NCBI RefSeq assembly: GCF_964355755.1
Contig: NC_092676.1
Location: 3,821,888 to 3,885,887 of the forward strand
DNA length: 64,000 bases
Direction: 5' to 3'
Origin: Antedon mediterranea
Taxonomy: Eukaryota; Animalia; Echinodermata
Below, piece by piece: positions 25,142-37,500 of this stretch; within the stretch, counting starts at the first letter, position 1, and each line of letters starts with the position of its first letter. The notes under the pieces were generated by a model, which saw only the letters and a program-made list of their open reading frames with translations, was not told the origin of the DNA and ran no database searches. The translations under genes were made by a program, and so were the position numbers.

Positions 25142-27829
25142 GTACCGTAATTGCAAAACTTTGAACGGATAAATATTGTATGGTACGATAGTATTTCTTT
25201 GATTGGTGCAATCAGAAATACTTTCTCTATCGTTCGCCGTGTGTTCTTCCTTTGCCAATTTGTAAATTTTCTACATGTTGAGTTCTTTGTATGACACGGC
25301 AAATGAACACACTGTGAATGTCAGCCGTCCGCCATTCCTGTACTTCTGCCTGATGTGCAAACCAGCGACGATGTAATCACTCTTTGTATGATACAATCGT
25401 TTTAACTGTGCAAAAGTCAAAACAGAAACATACGCGATAATTGCGTGTGTTTCAAAAATGTGACATCATGACACGCTACATAAGCCAATTGAAGTCTTAG
25501 TGGGCATGAATTCTGACGATAACATATAGGCCTAGTCAACGTCTTAATACGTTCAAAGGCGAGCCCCCGGCGCTTGGTACAGTTTATAGCGATACTCGGT
25601 TTTGAAGCTACTATTTTTTAGCCTACGGCACCTGTTAGGCCTTTTCTGAAATAGGCCTACAAAAAAAAACTAAATACCGTTTACCATCTTTTGTATGCTT
25701 TATTTTGGTATGTTTTAGCGCCCTCAATATTTTGTATAAAAGCAAAATTGAATGTAATTACAATAGGCCTAAAGTTCCCATATCCTACAGCAGGTCGAAA
25801 TTCCACTTAAAATGAACATTTGATCGAACATAGCCATTTAGTGGTTTAATGACAGGGCGTCGGCATTGAAAAAAGATGAGTTCCAGTTCGAATCTTGATC
25901 TGGGCGATGTTTGTCACAGGCAGGTGTTTCTCACTCTTTACCGTTTATACATGTAATAATATATTATATTGATCGACATGTATTAAACATTTACATCCTT
26001 TCGCCAACATGTGTACCTTATATGACCTGTGATATCCGTACAAATTCATGTGAATTTTAGCAATATACGTCAATTTACATAATGAACTATATTTGACATG
26101 AATGCAGCTTCACATACAGGATATGATGAGAGACTTGAATGAAGCCCGGCTCGTAAAACGTAGATACTTACAATGAGCCTGTATTATGAAATTCATATTT
26201 GAATCAAAGGCAATGGATTCACTCGGAAAGATTTTCATTCAGTTAAATAATGGGGTGGGGTGGGGGGTGGGGGGGGGGCTTGGTGGGGTAATTGGATATA
26301 ATGTAATTTTGTTATTATGATGCTTTGGCTACCAATCCAAGGGTCCTGGGTTCAAGTCCTGTCTCCACTCCCAAAGATTTGTAATAAGACTTTGTTTTAA
26401 TGTAGACTATCTTGTGTATACGTTTGTCTTGTGAACAGGATTGCCTTTAAGAAGGATAGTGAATGATTCATTTATGATTATCCTTGTCAATTTCCCTAAA
26501 TATATATTTGTTTTTAAAGAAAGGAAAGTGCGCTTAACAGCTATGAATGGGATTCATTTAATGAAATGAATTTCAAAAATGAGTTTAAAAAAAAAATTAT
26601 GTAAACATATGCTTTGTAATGTGTTTATATTAAATGTATGTTTTATTGATCCTTCTACACATGCCTTTAATAGCATTCAATTTGAACACTTCTCAGTTTA
26701 GCATATCATAGCACAGTGGTACAATTTTCATAGAATACTACCATAACACATTTTTATTTGTAATAATAATTCAGTACACACAAACATTTGGCGGTCGTTG
26801 CCTCGAATGAAGCATTTATTGATATATGTAATCAATTATTCTTAAGACAAATATCTCATAAATTGTAACAGTAATGTTTTACCCTTTTTTCCTCTTTCAA
26901 ATGGCATAAAAATAGCAGGCAATGGGTTTGATACGTTTTAACCATATTTCCCAACGGGCATCCCGTCGCCTGGGCCGTTGCAGTGGCTAGCTGGAGGGCT
27001 GTGTTTACAATTACGTTGTAGCTCCCGCGGGATACGAGTTGACATTTTGGTGTCTAGGCCTATATAGATATTTTATTTTTCATCAACAAAATTCTGTATA
27101 TAACATACATTTCATCATACTGCGACAACTGTCGGCATCATGTTTTCGAAGAGATCTATATTAATGTTCATAAACATTAACAACATCACATTTTTTTTAA
27201 TCAATAATACTATGTACAATACCATACTTGTAACATACTATAACATAACCAATTTTTACACATAAAACATCTTACCCTAAACATTACATTTTCACGTTAT
27301 TTTCTAACTATCTATCCAATTTTCGTTACATTTTTCTTCTCTACTTTCTTTAGTAGAAAAATAGAAATAGCCATATGAACTGACAGCTAATTGATCGGTT
27401 TAGTATAATATGTTGATATTAAAAATAAAAATGATTGTGTTAAGTATTTTATAAAATGGAAATTATTTTCACTATTGGAAGTACAGGAAACGAGCGCAAC
27501 CAGGACAATTGAACGAGCGCAACCAAGACAATTGAACGAGCTGCTATAATATAATTGGGGCAACATGTTTGTACAGATATAAAACGACTGAGTTTGTCTT
27601 GTGGCGGTGTAATACTGTAGTATCGTCTCCAATGACGTCACCACAGAGAGCTGAGTGTATCACGATGTGTACGCGCGGGTATCAAGTAGGTCTATTAGAT
27701 TCTTCGTTGTGTCACTTAATGTCACTATATGTAGTAAAATTAGCAGTAAGAAGAATGTGGTAATGTAGCATTAGCGGAGTACAAGCGGTGGAAAAACACC
27801 TGTTGTACGTGATAGTACCTGTGGTGTAG

Positions 27830-28960
27830 CATTCATTGTGTAGAAAATGTAGCAATAGAATAAAACATGGATGCCTCAAGTGGTATAATAATTACTATAA
27901 CAGTTCTGTAGTGTGCGTTTGTGTATAGAAATTGATGAAATGTATGGTACGCTTACGTGATAATAATGTTGTAGTGTAGCATTAGATTTTGTGTAGCAAT
28001 GTAGAAGAAATGTGTCTCTTGTAGTATATACTGTAGTGTAGCGGGGAAGGTTTGTAGCCAAACAGGAGTAGAAACATGTACGTTTCTGTGGAATAAATTA
28101 AATGAGAATGTAGCTGCTATATGTAAAGAGAATGTAGCAATATTAGATAGTGTATGTGGTTGGAATAAAGTACTGTACATGATAAAGTAAATGAGAAGGT
28201 CGAGTGCCACTCTGTAGTGTAGCAGCAGGGTTTTGTAGACAAACAGGAGTAGAAACATGTACGTGTCGGTGTAATAAATGAAATGAAAATGTAGCTGTTA
28301 TGTAAAGAAAACTAGCAATATTAGATAATGTATGTGGTTGGAATAAAGTACATGATAAAGTAAATGAGAAGGTCGACTGTATTATAGTGTAGCAGCAGAC
28401 AGACAAACAGGAGTAGAAACATGTACGTCTCGGTGTAATAAATGAAATGAAAATGTAGCTGTTATGTAAAGAAAACTAGCAATATTATATAATGTATGTG
28501 GTTGGAATAAAGTACATGATAAAGTAAATGAGAAGGTCGACTGTATTATAGTGTAGCAGCACTATAAACAGCAGACAGACAAACAGGAGTAGAAACATGT
28601 ACGTGTCGGTGGAATAAATGAAATGAGAATGTAGCAATATGTGGTTGGAATAAAGTACTGTCGTGAAGCAGTGGCATTTGTAGCGAATGAGAGTAAGCAA
28701 CATTACTCGGTAGTGTAGAATTTGACTTGTGTGAAACGTAGCAATGAAAGATGTAGGCCTATGTAAGGAAAACATACTGCAGTGGATATTTTTGCAATTA
28801 ATGTGTAGAAGATGTAGCAATAGAATTAAATATTATATGCCTTAAGTGGTATAGTAATATCACAGTTCTGAGGTGTAGAGTTTGTGTATAGAAATTGATG
28901 AAATGATCTGTGTGGTACGCTTACATGGTAATAACAAAACTGTGTAGCAATTAAAGAAAA
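27830..28960. repeat. Diverged GTAGCA-rich tandem repeat (units about 165-180 bp)
   Basis: caaacaggagtagaaacatgtacgt recurs at about 28059, 28240, 28404 and 28580; 27838-27966 recurs at 28802-28935. Confidence 0.8.
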
Positions 28961-30235
28961 CAATTACTGCAGTGGATTTTGTAGCAATAGAAGAAGTATG
29001 TTCGCGCTATAGCAATGTAGTAGGTAATATAGTGAAGCAGTGGAGTGTGTATGCTACAACAGCAGAAATTATGTACTTCGTGGTACTTTTGTATTTGAAG
29101 TAATTTGATGAGTTTGACCTTGATGAGTAGATAAAACATGCATTTTTAAAGTTGTAAGTGCATTGGAATTTATGTAGCAATCATAGAAATCACATACTTG
29201 GTAGTAGAATAAACAGTAGCTTATGTAACTACGTGTATAACAGTAGAGTGTAGGTAGTGATAGAGAAACGTGTGTGTTGTACTTGCAGTAGTGTAGTGTT
29301 CTGTAGCTTTTAAAATTGGGGTATATTTCACGACGCCCGTTCTGTTTCGCCGCTGTTGAAAAATAGGGAGGATTGATCAATGTCGTTTCAAAGGTTTATA
29401 CTTTATAATAAACAATGGATACAAACAATATAATTAGAATAGAAACCGGAGTTAACCTTTAAGACAATGATTTTGCTTAAAGGGCGGCTCCGGGTTTAAA
29501 ATTTGTAATGTTTACTTTAACATGTAAACCTGTACTGTGGAGCAAAAATTCTCATTCCCCACTCTCGATCCAATTTGATCAAGGTTGCATACGTATATTT
29601 TATTATAACCAATAGAAATGTTAACACTCCGGAGTTACCCTTTAAGCAAATATTTGTATGCATTTGCCCACTTCAATTGTAGATTACGAGGTCCATTAAT
29701 TAAACTGATTTGATATTTAAAAGCCTCAGTTTTTGACAATCCACCAGGACTTTGCCTTTTTCGACAGGAATACTTCAACTTAGACCCTTTGAGTTACTGA
29801 CATTTGTTCTGCTACTGAGGTAGGCGGTATGTAAATGAGTTTTAAATAAAGTCAGTGTGGGCTTACAGATTGGTTCTCACTTGAAGCCAACGCAGAGGAA
29901 TGTAAGCGCGCCGCAAGCAAACTGACGCGATGGATTGTCCGAAGTGTCGGTTGTGATTGGCCAACTCACTTGTGTTGTGCAGACGTCGTTGTGTTGCGTG
30001 CAAGTGAAACCCAGGCTTAATGAAATCAACTCAGCTCTATCAACACATCTTTTATGGATATCAAACTTCCAAAAATGGATTGCTAATTTCTTTAGTTATT
30101 TTCGTTTAGAAATGCATTTAATTAATTTGCGGATGAAAAATATAGTAAGTCTGTTGAATTAGTGATTCTGATTGTTATCTCTCAGCAGAGTTGTTAAATC
30201 GTTTCGTAAACGTCTCAACTCTTATCAAATTTGAT

Positions 30236-33200
30236 CTAAAGATCGTCTGTCCAAGTCCAGGGTCGTGACGTATTCACTAAATCAACTGGATCAAACACAA
30301 GGTCATCTACGTTCCTTCTTTTCGGATTAAACAAAAGTAAGACCATAGTTACAGAAATTGTACTGATAACGTAGATCAAGAACATAAAACGGTCGATAAC
30401 CTCGGCAACGCGTTGCCAATCTCTTAAAATGCGTTCTTCGCGTCGCGTTTTCTCGCTAGCTGTACGCATACTAATAAGTATATCATCAACCGGTGTGGCA
30501 ATGCGTTTCAGATATAGTTTGTAAATGCAATTGTGTGAAAGCACGTTTCCGGTGTCTTCAAGCGCATTTTCCTCCTCGATAGATCTTGCTGTAGGAACGT
30601 GTATACCATACTGGCTAGACATACTATAATTACTCATATCACGTGGTACAAGGTGCGTTGAACTACGACCATGTCCTGTCCTGTGGAAAAGAAACAAAAG
30701 AGTCAGAAACGTGTTAAATCTCAGTGTACACTAGCAACAAACGTGTTAAATCTAAAGCTTGTTTCCCACTAGCGACTCAATACAAGGGATGTAAGGCAAC
30801 GTAAGTAGTGATTTTACCAATCACAAGCAATGGATTATTAGAACAGTGGCTAGCAAACGTTATTTTGCAGGAAAGTTTTCCGTTTGCTAGTTTCGTCCAG
30901 TTGACACACTTTGGTGAACTGCAAACAAGTTAGTTGGTCACTTTGTGAACAAATGGTCTTTTGGTGCTCAGCGGTCTCCGTTAACTTTAACGCTATTTCC
31001 CAATACGCAACGTGCAAGTTCCGCCCACTTTGTAAACAAATCGATCTGCGCGTGCGCAAACATTACGAAAACATTTAGCTACGTAGGTCGAGAAACTTAT
31101 TTCTTAAAAATAGCGTCAATGAAAAAACGTAAACCGTTTAAAATTAACGTTTACGTGCTCCTGCGAAAACTCTCTAATGACTCTAGTAGTCTAGACATGC
31201 AGCAGAAACTTCTCCAAACAGGGGAAACTCAACGTTTGCAAACACAAGTTCTGTTAAGTTTGCTCGACTGGCTCGGGTCGGGATTATTCTTTTCTATTTT
31301 AAAAATTTGTAATACTTACCGTGTTACAAGAGAGCTTCGAGATGACGTGCGTGATCTGACCATACTTCGATGACGTGTTTTTTTCCTTGCGTGTTTTTTC
31401 CACCTACTTGCCTCGAAATCGTCTTCATCACTTTCTGGTGCGCAATTACAAAGTTTCATGCAGACGATTTTTGACAGGTAAATGAATGTCAGCACCTTCA
31501 GCCAATCAGGAACCTCGGATGTACAATTCTCTCCCCGGTCAACAATGTTTAATATTAACACATTCATCGCAGTAGAAATTGAAGTTAAAACCATAATTGC
31601 TATGTAATACTGGGCTATAACAATGAAAAGAAAATGAATTAGTAGAAACGGATTAAACTTAACTTTGCCATCAAATTACTTTTATAACTTTAAAGATATA
31701 TTGTCCTCCTGAAAAAATAATTTATAACAAAAATTTTTTGAATATGCCATTTTAATGTAACATAATAATTATCCACTTTGACTAAAAATTGGATGGAAAG
31801 AAAATGTATTTACCTAAAAAACTGTAATTTTTATAGCTAAATATGGTCAAATTGGCTGCCAGCCAATGGGTTTTTGGTTGAATGTAACCATTTATTTGTC
31901 ATTTTATGAGTGAAAACATTTTTTTTTCGTTTTCTATGGAAATGATTACCTTTATTAAAACTACAAAATAAAATATTTTAAGTATAATTTAATTAATCTT
32001 ATTTTTTTAGGTTTATGGGGGACAATACATTTTTAAACTATTTTATAACATCTTATCACAATTGTCAGTCGTGTCACTTTTTTAATTAATAACTTTAAAA
32101 AAAATTGAATTAATTTTAAAGCATTTTGGCACAAACTGTTTTGAGTACATATGTATAATACAAAATTAATTATAGCTAATAAGAAATTTTTTATAGCTTG
32201 GTTTCAATATATGACGTAACGCGAGCGTCACACTGCGCACGTAATTTCACCAATAACTGTGATTGGTCAACTTATTTACGTTGCAAACCTGAAAACTTGA
32301 CATTCAAAACATTCATTTCTTATTTGCTTTTGATTGTGAAAATAAATTAATAGTCCATATATTGATATTACCATAAAACTCTATTTAAATTTACTACTGA
32401 TTGTATTTCGTTATTTGCATAATTGTATTTCTATAGACATTTGTAATAAAGTACAGTCCACGGTATAGTTACAATTCTATCGAATCCAGACGTCTAACAT
32501 CATAAATCATTCATGATTTCTGCTCCAGACGTCGAGTAACAAAAATATGGGGTCCCGCGTGCCAGATTGCTTTGCACAATAAAACATTTTTCCTTAATCG
32601 GTTTTCAAAATGACGCCACCATTTTGGAAATAAATGTTAATTTTGATTGATTGAAAATAACCTAAGCATTTAAAAACAAATCTTAGTTAACAAAGTCCAT
32701 TTTATAAATAACTGCTTTGATGATAAATAATGTCTCAGTTTTTACTTAAGCACTTTTTAGCTAAAGATTGATAAATGTCCAGCACCTATCCTTTTGTACT
32801 AGATCAATACAATTATAATATTATATTAACAATCGACAGTATTGATTATATTATTTACATATACTAGTGATACCACGCACATACACACGATTTTCCGGGC
32901 GCGTGCAAACTTTCTTAATGAATGGCACGGCTATTTTTATGCGCGCAGCGTCAACCATGTGTCTCTTCGTGACGTTGTCAATGACGTCATACTTACCGAT
33001 TAATGGAAAATGATCTGAAGTTCTTGGCATAGTTTCTGCAACTATCAACATGAATACGTTTAAACACAAAATTAATGTTACACATAACGAAGCTTTGACA
33101 ACAGCAACGCTGTACGGCATCCAGAATCCAACCATGGACAAACCAGATAAAAGAAATATTGGCATCACCAGATTATAGATATAATACAGAGGTTTACGAC

Positions 33201-34195
33201 GAAGCTTAATCTTGCACGTGACATCAACATAGCTGACATCCGGGCAACAGAGATATTGTTCGACACTGCGCACAAAGTGCGTATTTAACATTTTCCATTG
33301 CTCGTTCTCCATGAGTTCGTAAATTATCGGAGCTGCAGTGGCGTTAAACAAATCTAAGTATTGCTGATCGTACGTCCATGAGCCGAACTTTAAATCACAC
33401 TCGTGGTAGTCAAAGGGAAAGTGCGTTATGTCCAAAAGACATATACTGTGTACGATAAACGGCTTACTGGCAATCCGCACTAGCCCGTCGTGACGTAGCA
33501 CAGCATTAGTTAATAGAAGTTTATCCATAAAATCTGAATCTTTACTTTTGCCTCTATAAAGTAAAATAAACACAATTAGTTTGTTTAAATATGTATTGTC
33601 CCTCTGAAAAAAAATAATTCTTAAAAAATGTGTTTTTTAATTTCCATTTTAATGTAACATAATAGTTATCCACTATGAATGTAAAAATGTATTTACCTAA
33701 AAAAATGAAATTTAAAGCAAAAAAATGGTCTAATTGGCTGCCAGCCAATGAGTTTTTGGTTGAATTTAACCATTTATTTTGTCATTTTAAAAGTGAATTT
33801 TTTTTTCTATGGAAGTGATGAACTTTATTAAAACTACAAAATAACATATTCAAATTCTGATTTAATTTATCTTCAGTTTTCATGTTTTTGGGAATAATAC
33901 ATCTTTAAAGGGTTTCATATTTACATGTAAATAATAATAATATTATTAATAATAATATTGTTATTAGTAGGCCTAATAGTACATTTTTATTTATCATGCA
34001 TGCAAACTGTTTATGACTATAGGTAATAATTATGGTTTGGGGTACTGTATAATTTGTAAAAAAATGAAAGAATACGTTAGTGTTATTATTATTATTATTA
34101 TTATAAAATTTTGAAAAAAGGTGGATATAACAGAAAAGAAATATTAATGTTCTGATTCTAAGAACAGTAACATTGATAAAATCACATAATGTAAA

Positions 34196-34280
<85 letters not shown>

Positions 34281-34535
34281 ACGCCGAGAATGTTAAAGAG
34301 TCGCTATCCAATCGAGTTCGAACAATACCATGAAAGCCCCAGTGGTCTAATGGTTAGGACATCTGCATATCAAGCAGGCGGTCCGAGTTCGAGTCTCGGT
34401 TGGGGCGACTTTTTCTCATTTCACAGATTTCCTCATCTTTATCGTTTCAAATTAATTAATTAAATTTCAGTATATCACCGGGCGGTTTAGAATTAATGTT
34501 CTGTGCCTGATTTGTTTATATATATATTATATATA

Positions 34536-34588
<53 letters not shown>

Positions 34589-37500
34589 TAACAAAAGTGA
34601 GAATAACAATGAAATAGTTATTATTATTATTATTAGAAATAATTGTATTAATCTATTGAAGATGAAATGAATAAATAGTGGTTAACGCCACAAAAGAGAA
34701 AAAAAAATTATTATTATTAGTAATAGTACATACATACAACGTTATAAACTGTTTATGATATATGTATAAATGTAAACATATAATTTATGCATCAAACAAC
34801 AGTATATGTTTCATCAAACGAAGGCTGACTGGTGGTCAGCTTTTGTCACCAAGTGGTTAGTTTCACTCTTCATATTCCAAACATGATATCTCATTAACTT
34901 TATGCACGCCCATGTAATGCATTATCTATGCATGTGAAAACTTATGGTAATTTGTTTGCATCAAGGGACGTCTTCTCAACGTCCAAATATATGTCGCCTC
35001 TTTACTCTTTAAAGCTATCACGTGTTCACACAATAAAACAGATTCAAACGGGCAATTCTGAATAAATTCATTTTTTAACATTGGAACTATTTTATGTCTA
35101 TAGCATACAAATAAACTAATGCCATTTTGAAATTTACCTAATCCTAGTGTATGCGTTTGTTTGTAATATAATCAATAGAGTGGTTTAACGAGTTTTGGTA
35201 TTAACGCGGCGAATGACATATCCGTGATGAGCATGACTCGACGAAACGGTGGCAGACTTCGACAATGGGTGTTTAATTATGTGTCGTAATGTCGTTTTAA
35301 AAATTCACTTTACAGTTTTAAAACACATCATCTAAGTTTAATATCATTCCACTTTGTGAAAAAATAACTGGAGCCGCAATTCGTCATTAATATTGCAAAG
35401 AAATATTGTAAACGCTAGGAAAATTGTCATTGTTGAAATTTGACGGACTCGTACGTACGTACAAAAGGTTGTTTGAACGCGCGTGTTGATATTTGACGCG
35501 ACTTAACAAAGGTCAATCGTTTCTCTCTCCATGTGGTGTTAAGCGTGGTTCCTACTAGAACGCAACGCAGCGACGTATCGACGCGGCAAAGTGCTGTATT
35601 GCGTAGTCACAAGTGGGAACCGACGACGCAAAAGTGCTGCAAACATCGCAGGTTTGATTTCACGCAGACGGTGACAAACACAATTATTAGAAGGGCATTT
35701 GCTTACGTTGCGTAGATTACTTTGCGTCGCTAGTGGGAACCAAGCTTTAGTAACGACATAATGTCAATCGATTTAGCAATACAGACAATTGATGCGTAAT
35801 TCTGAAAGCAGGTTGTGTTAACATTATTTGAATGTCCAAAAATAGTTGGAGACGGCAGGCATCGGCCAGTTGTTTGCTAATAAAGTTAAATAATAATGAA
35901 ATCGTGTTGACGCAATTTAAGCGTCCGTCGTTTCAACACAAAACAAATCAGATGATAAAAGTTATAATAACATCATACTATGCAAGTCTAGTGACACAAT
36001 AATTGGCTTGCGTCGCCTAGATTTTTTAAATAAAAAATGTTTTAAAATTGTAATTGAGGTGCGTAGTAAAATTGTAATACGTAGGGCGTGGTAAATTCTG
36101 ACAGTTCGGCAAGGCATTTAACATTTAATCGAGGTATCATGTATCAACATTCAGATGTGGGTCAAATTAAAGTCTAAAGGGCGTGGTCAGTTCGAGAATA
36201 GAAAAGTTAATCGGTGTATCATACAGCATAAATGAATTCCCAGTCGTGGCAATTTCATCCACAAAAATGGCTTAAAGGGTACCTACCACCGGGCTTTTAA
36301 AAATATATTTATTTTTTGACAAATAAAACATATCTCTGCCATCAGCTTTCGTTTTGCTTTGTCGATGAAAAAGTTATATTTATCAATATATCAATGTTGT
36401 TACAGTCAAAGGAGATATAGCAAAAATTAAACCCGAAATACTCCTTTAAGAAAGAAAAAAAAATGTGGTCATAGTCATAAACACGTTTTTTTGTTTTGAG
36501 ATTAGAAAATGAATATTGCCAAGTCACAATAATAAACATAACATAATGATAGATGCATTATGCCGAATTTTAAAGTATATCTAAATACGGATTTTAAACT
36601 CCAAAGCAATGATGGATTTTAGAATGATACCATGCATTATAAATGCCACATACTGATTGTTGAACATTTCACTGAAATCGATGGCAGTCTAAATGTCTTT
36701 CTAAATGAGAGAAACTATAAAAAAAATGAGAGAAACTAAAAAAAAAAAGTGAGAGAGTCCTCACTTGGGTACCCCGAGTAAAAAAGTAAAAGATAGATAT
36801 TGGAGGTCTACACTGAAATGTTAATACACCTGCATGGCGGATGATTCGACAGCCAAGAATATATATATATTTTTAATCGCTGTCATAAAAGAGTGCTAAG
36901 TGTATCTATATATAAATTTACGTAAGGGCAAAATTCGGTAAATCTCGGTTTATTTCTAGAATTTCTACTCGATGGTATAGTTGGTTCATACTTTCGGTAC
37001 TGATTTTAACCATCTGATGTAACCCTGTTTACTAATTAAATTGAGTTAGGTAATTAGTTATTGACGATTAAAACGAATTTAGGTTCAACGATTTGCCCCA
37101 AATAGGGGTGTTTTCCGATCGTGGTATACACTGTCTAATGGATGTCCATCTTGAAAAATACCCGCCACAAAAATACGAGGAGGCTTCGCATTTTCCTATC
37201 TCCTCCTATGATAATTGTTTTTAATAGCTGAAAACTGGTTGAACAGCTAGAGTACAGCATCATAATGTTGAAGACAGGCCGATTTTCTTTAAAAAATACT
37301 ATTTTGATAGATTTAATATACGATTATACAAATGTATTGATTTGCGATGAATGGAACATTCCAATCTCTGTTTCACAAGTGTCTATTCCCTCAGGCGTCG
37401 TAATATAAAGGCAAGTACAGTACTGTATACTCGAAATTCGATCCATTTTTGTTTTCAATCTGTGCTGCAGAGGTTGGATATAATTTTTTTTTAAACGGAT

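Larger units (their letters stand above)
34200..34583. repeat. (TA)n microsatellite split by an insertion
   Basis: TA runs at about 34200-34278 and 34516-34583. Confidence 0.95.

Noticed and set aside
30239-30250. C-terminal TDDL as a KDEL-like ER retrieval signal
   Set aside because: It does not fit the [KRHQSA][DENQ]EL pattern.
30945-31373. 142-aa plus-strand ORF
   Set aside because: Antisense to a receptor intron and exon, non-ATG start, no motif.
33905-34463. ORFs with (YI)n
   Set aside because: Translations of the (TA)n microsatellite.
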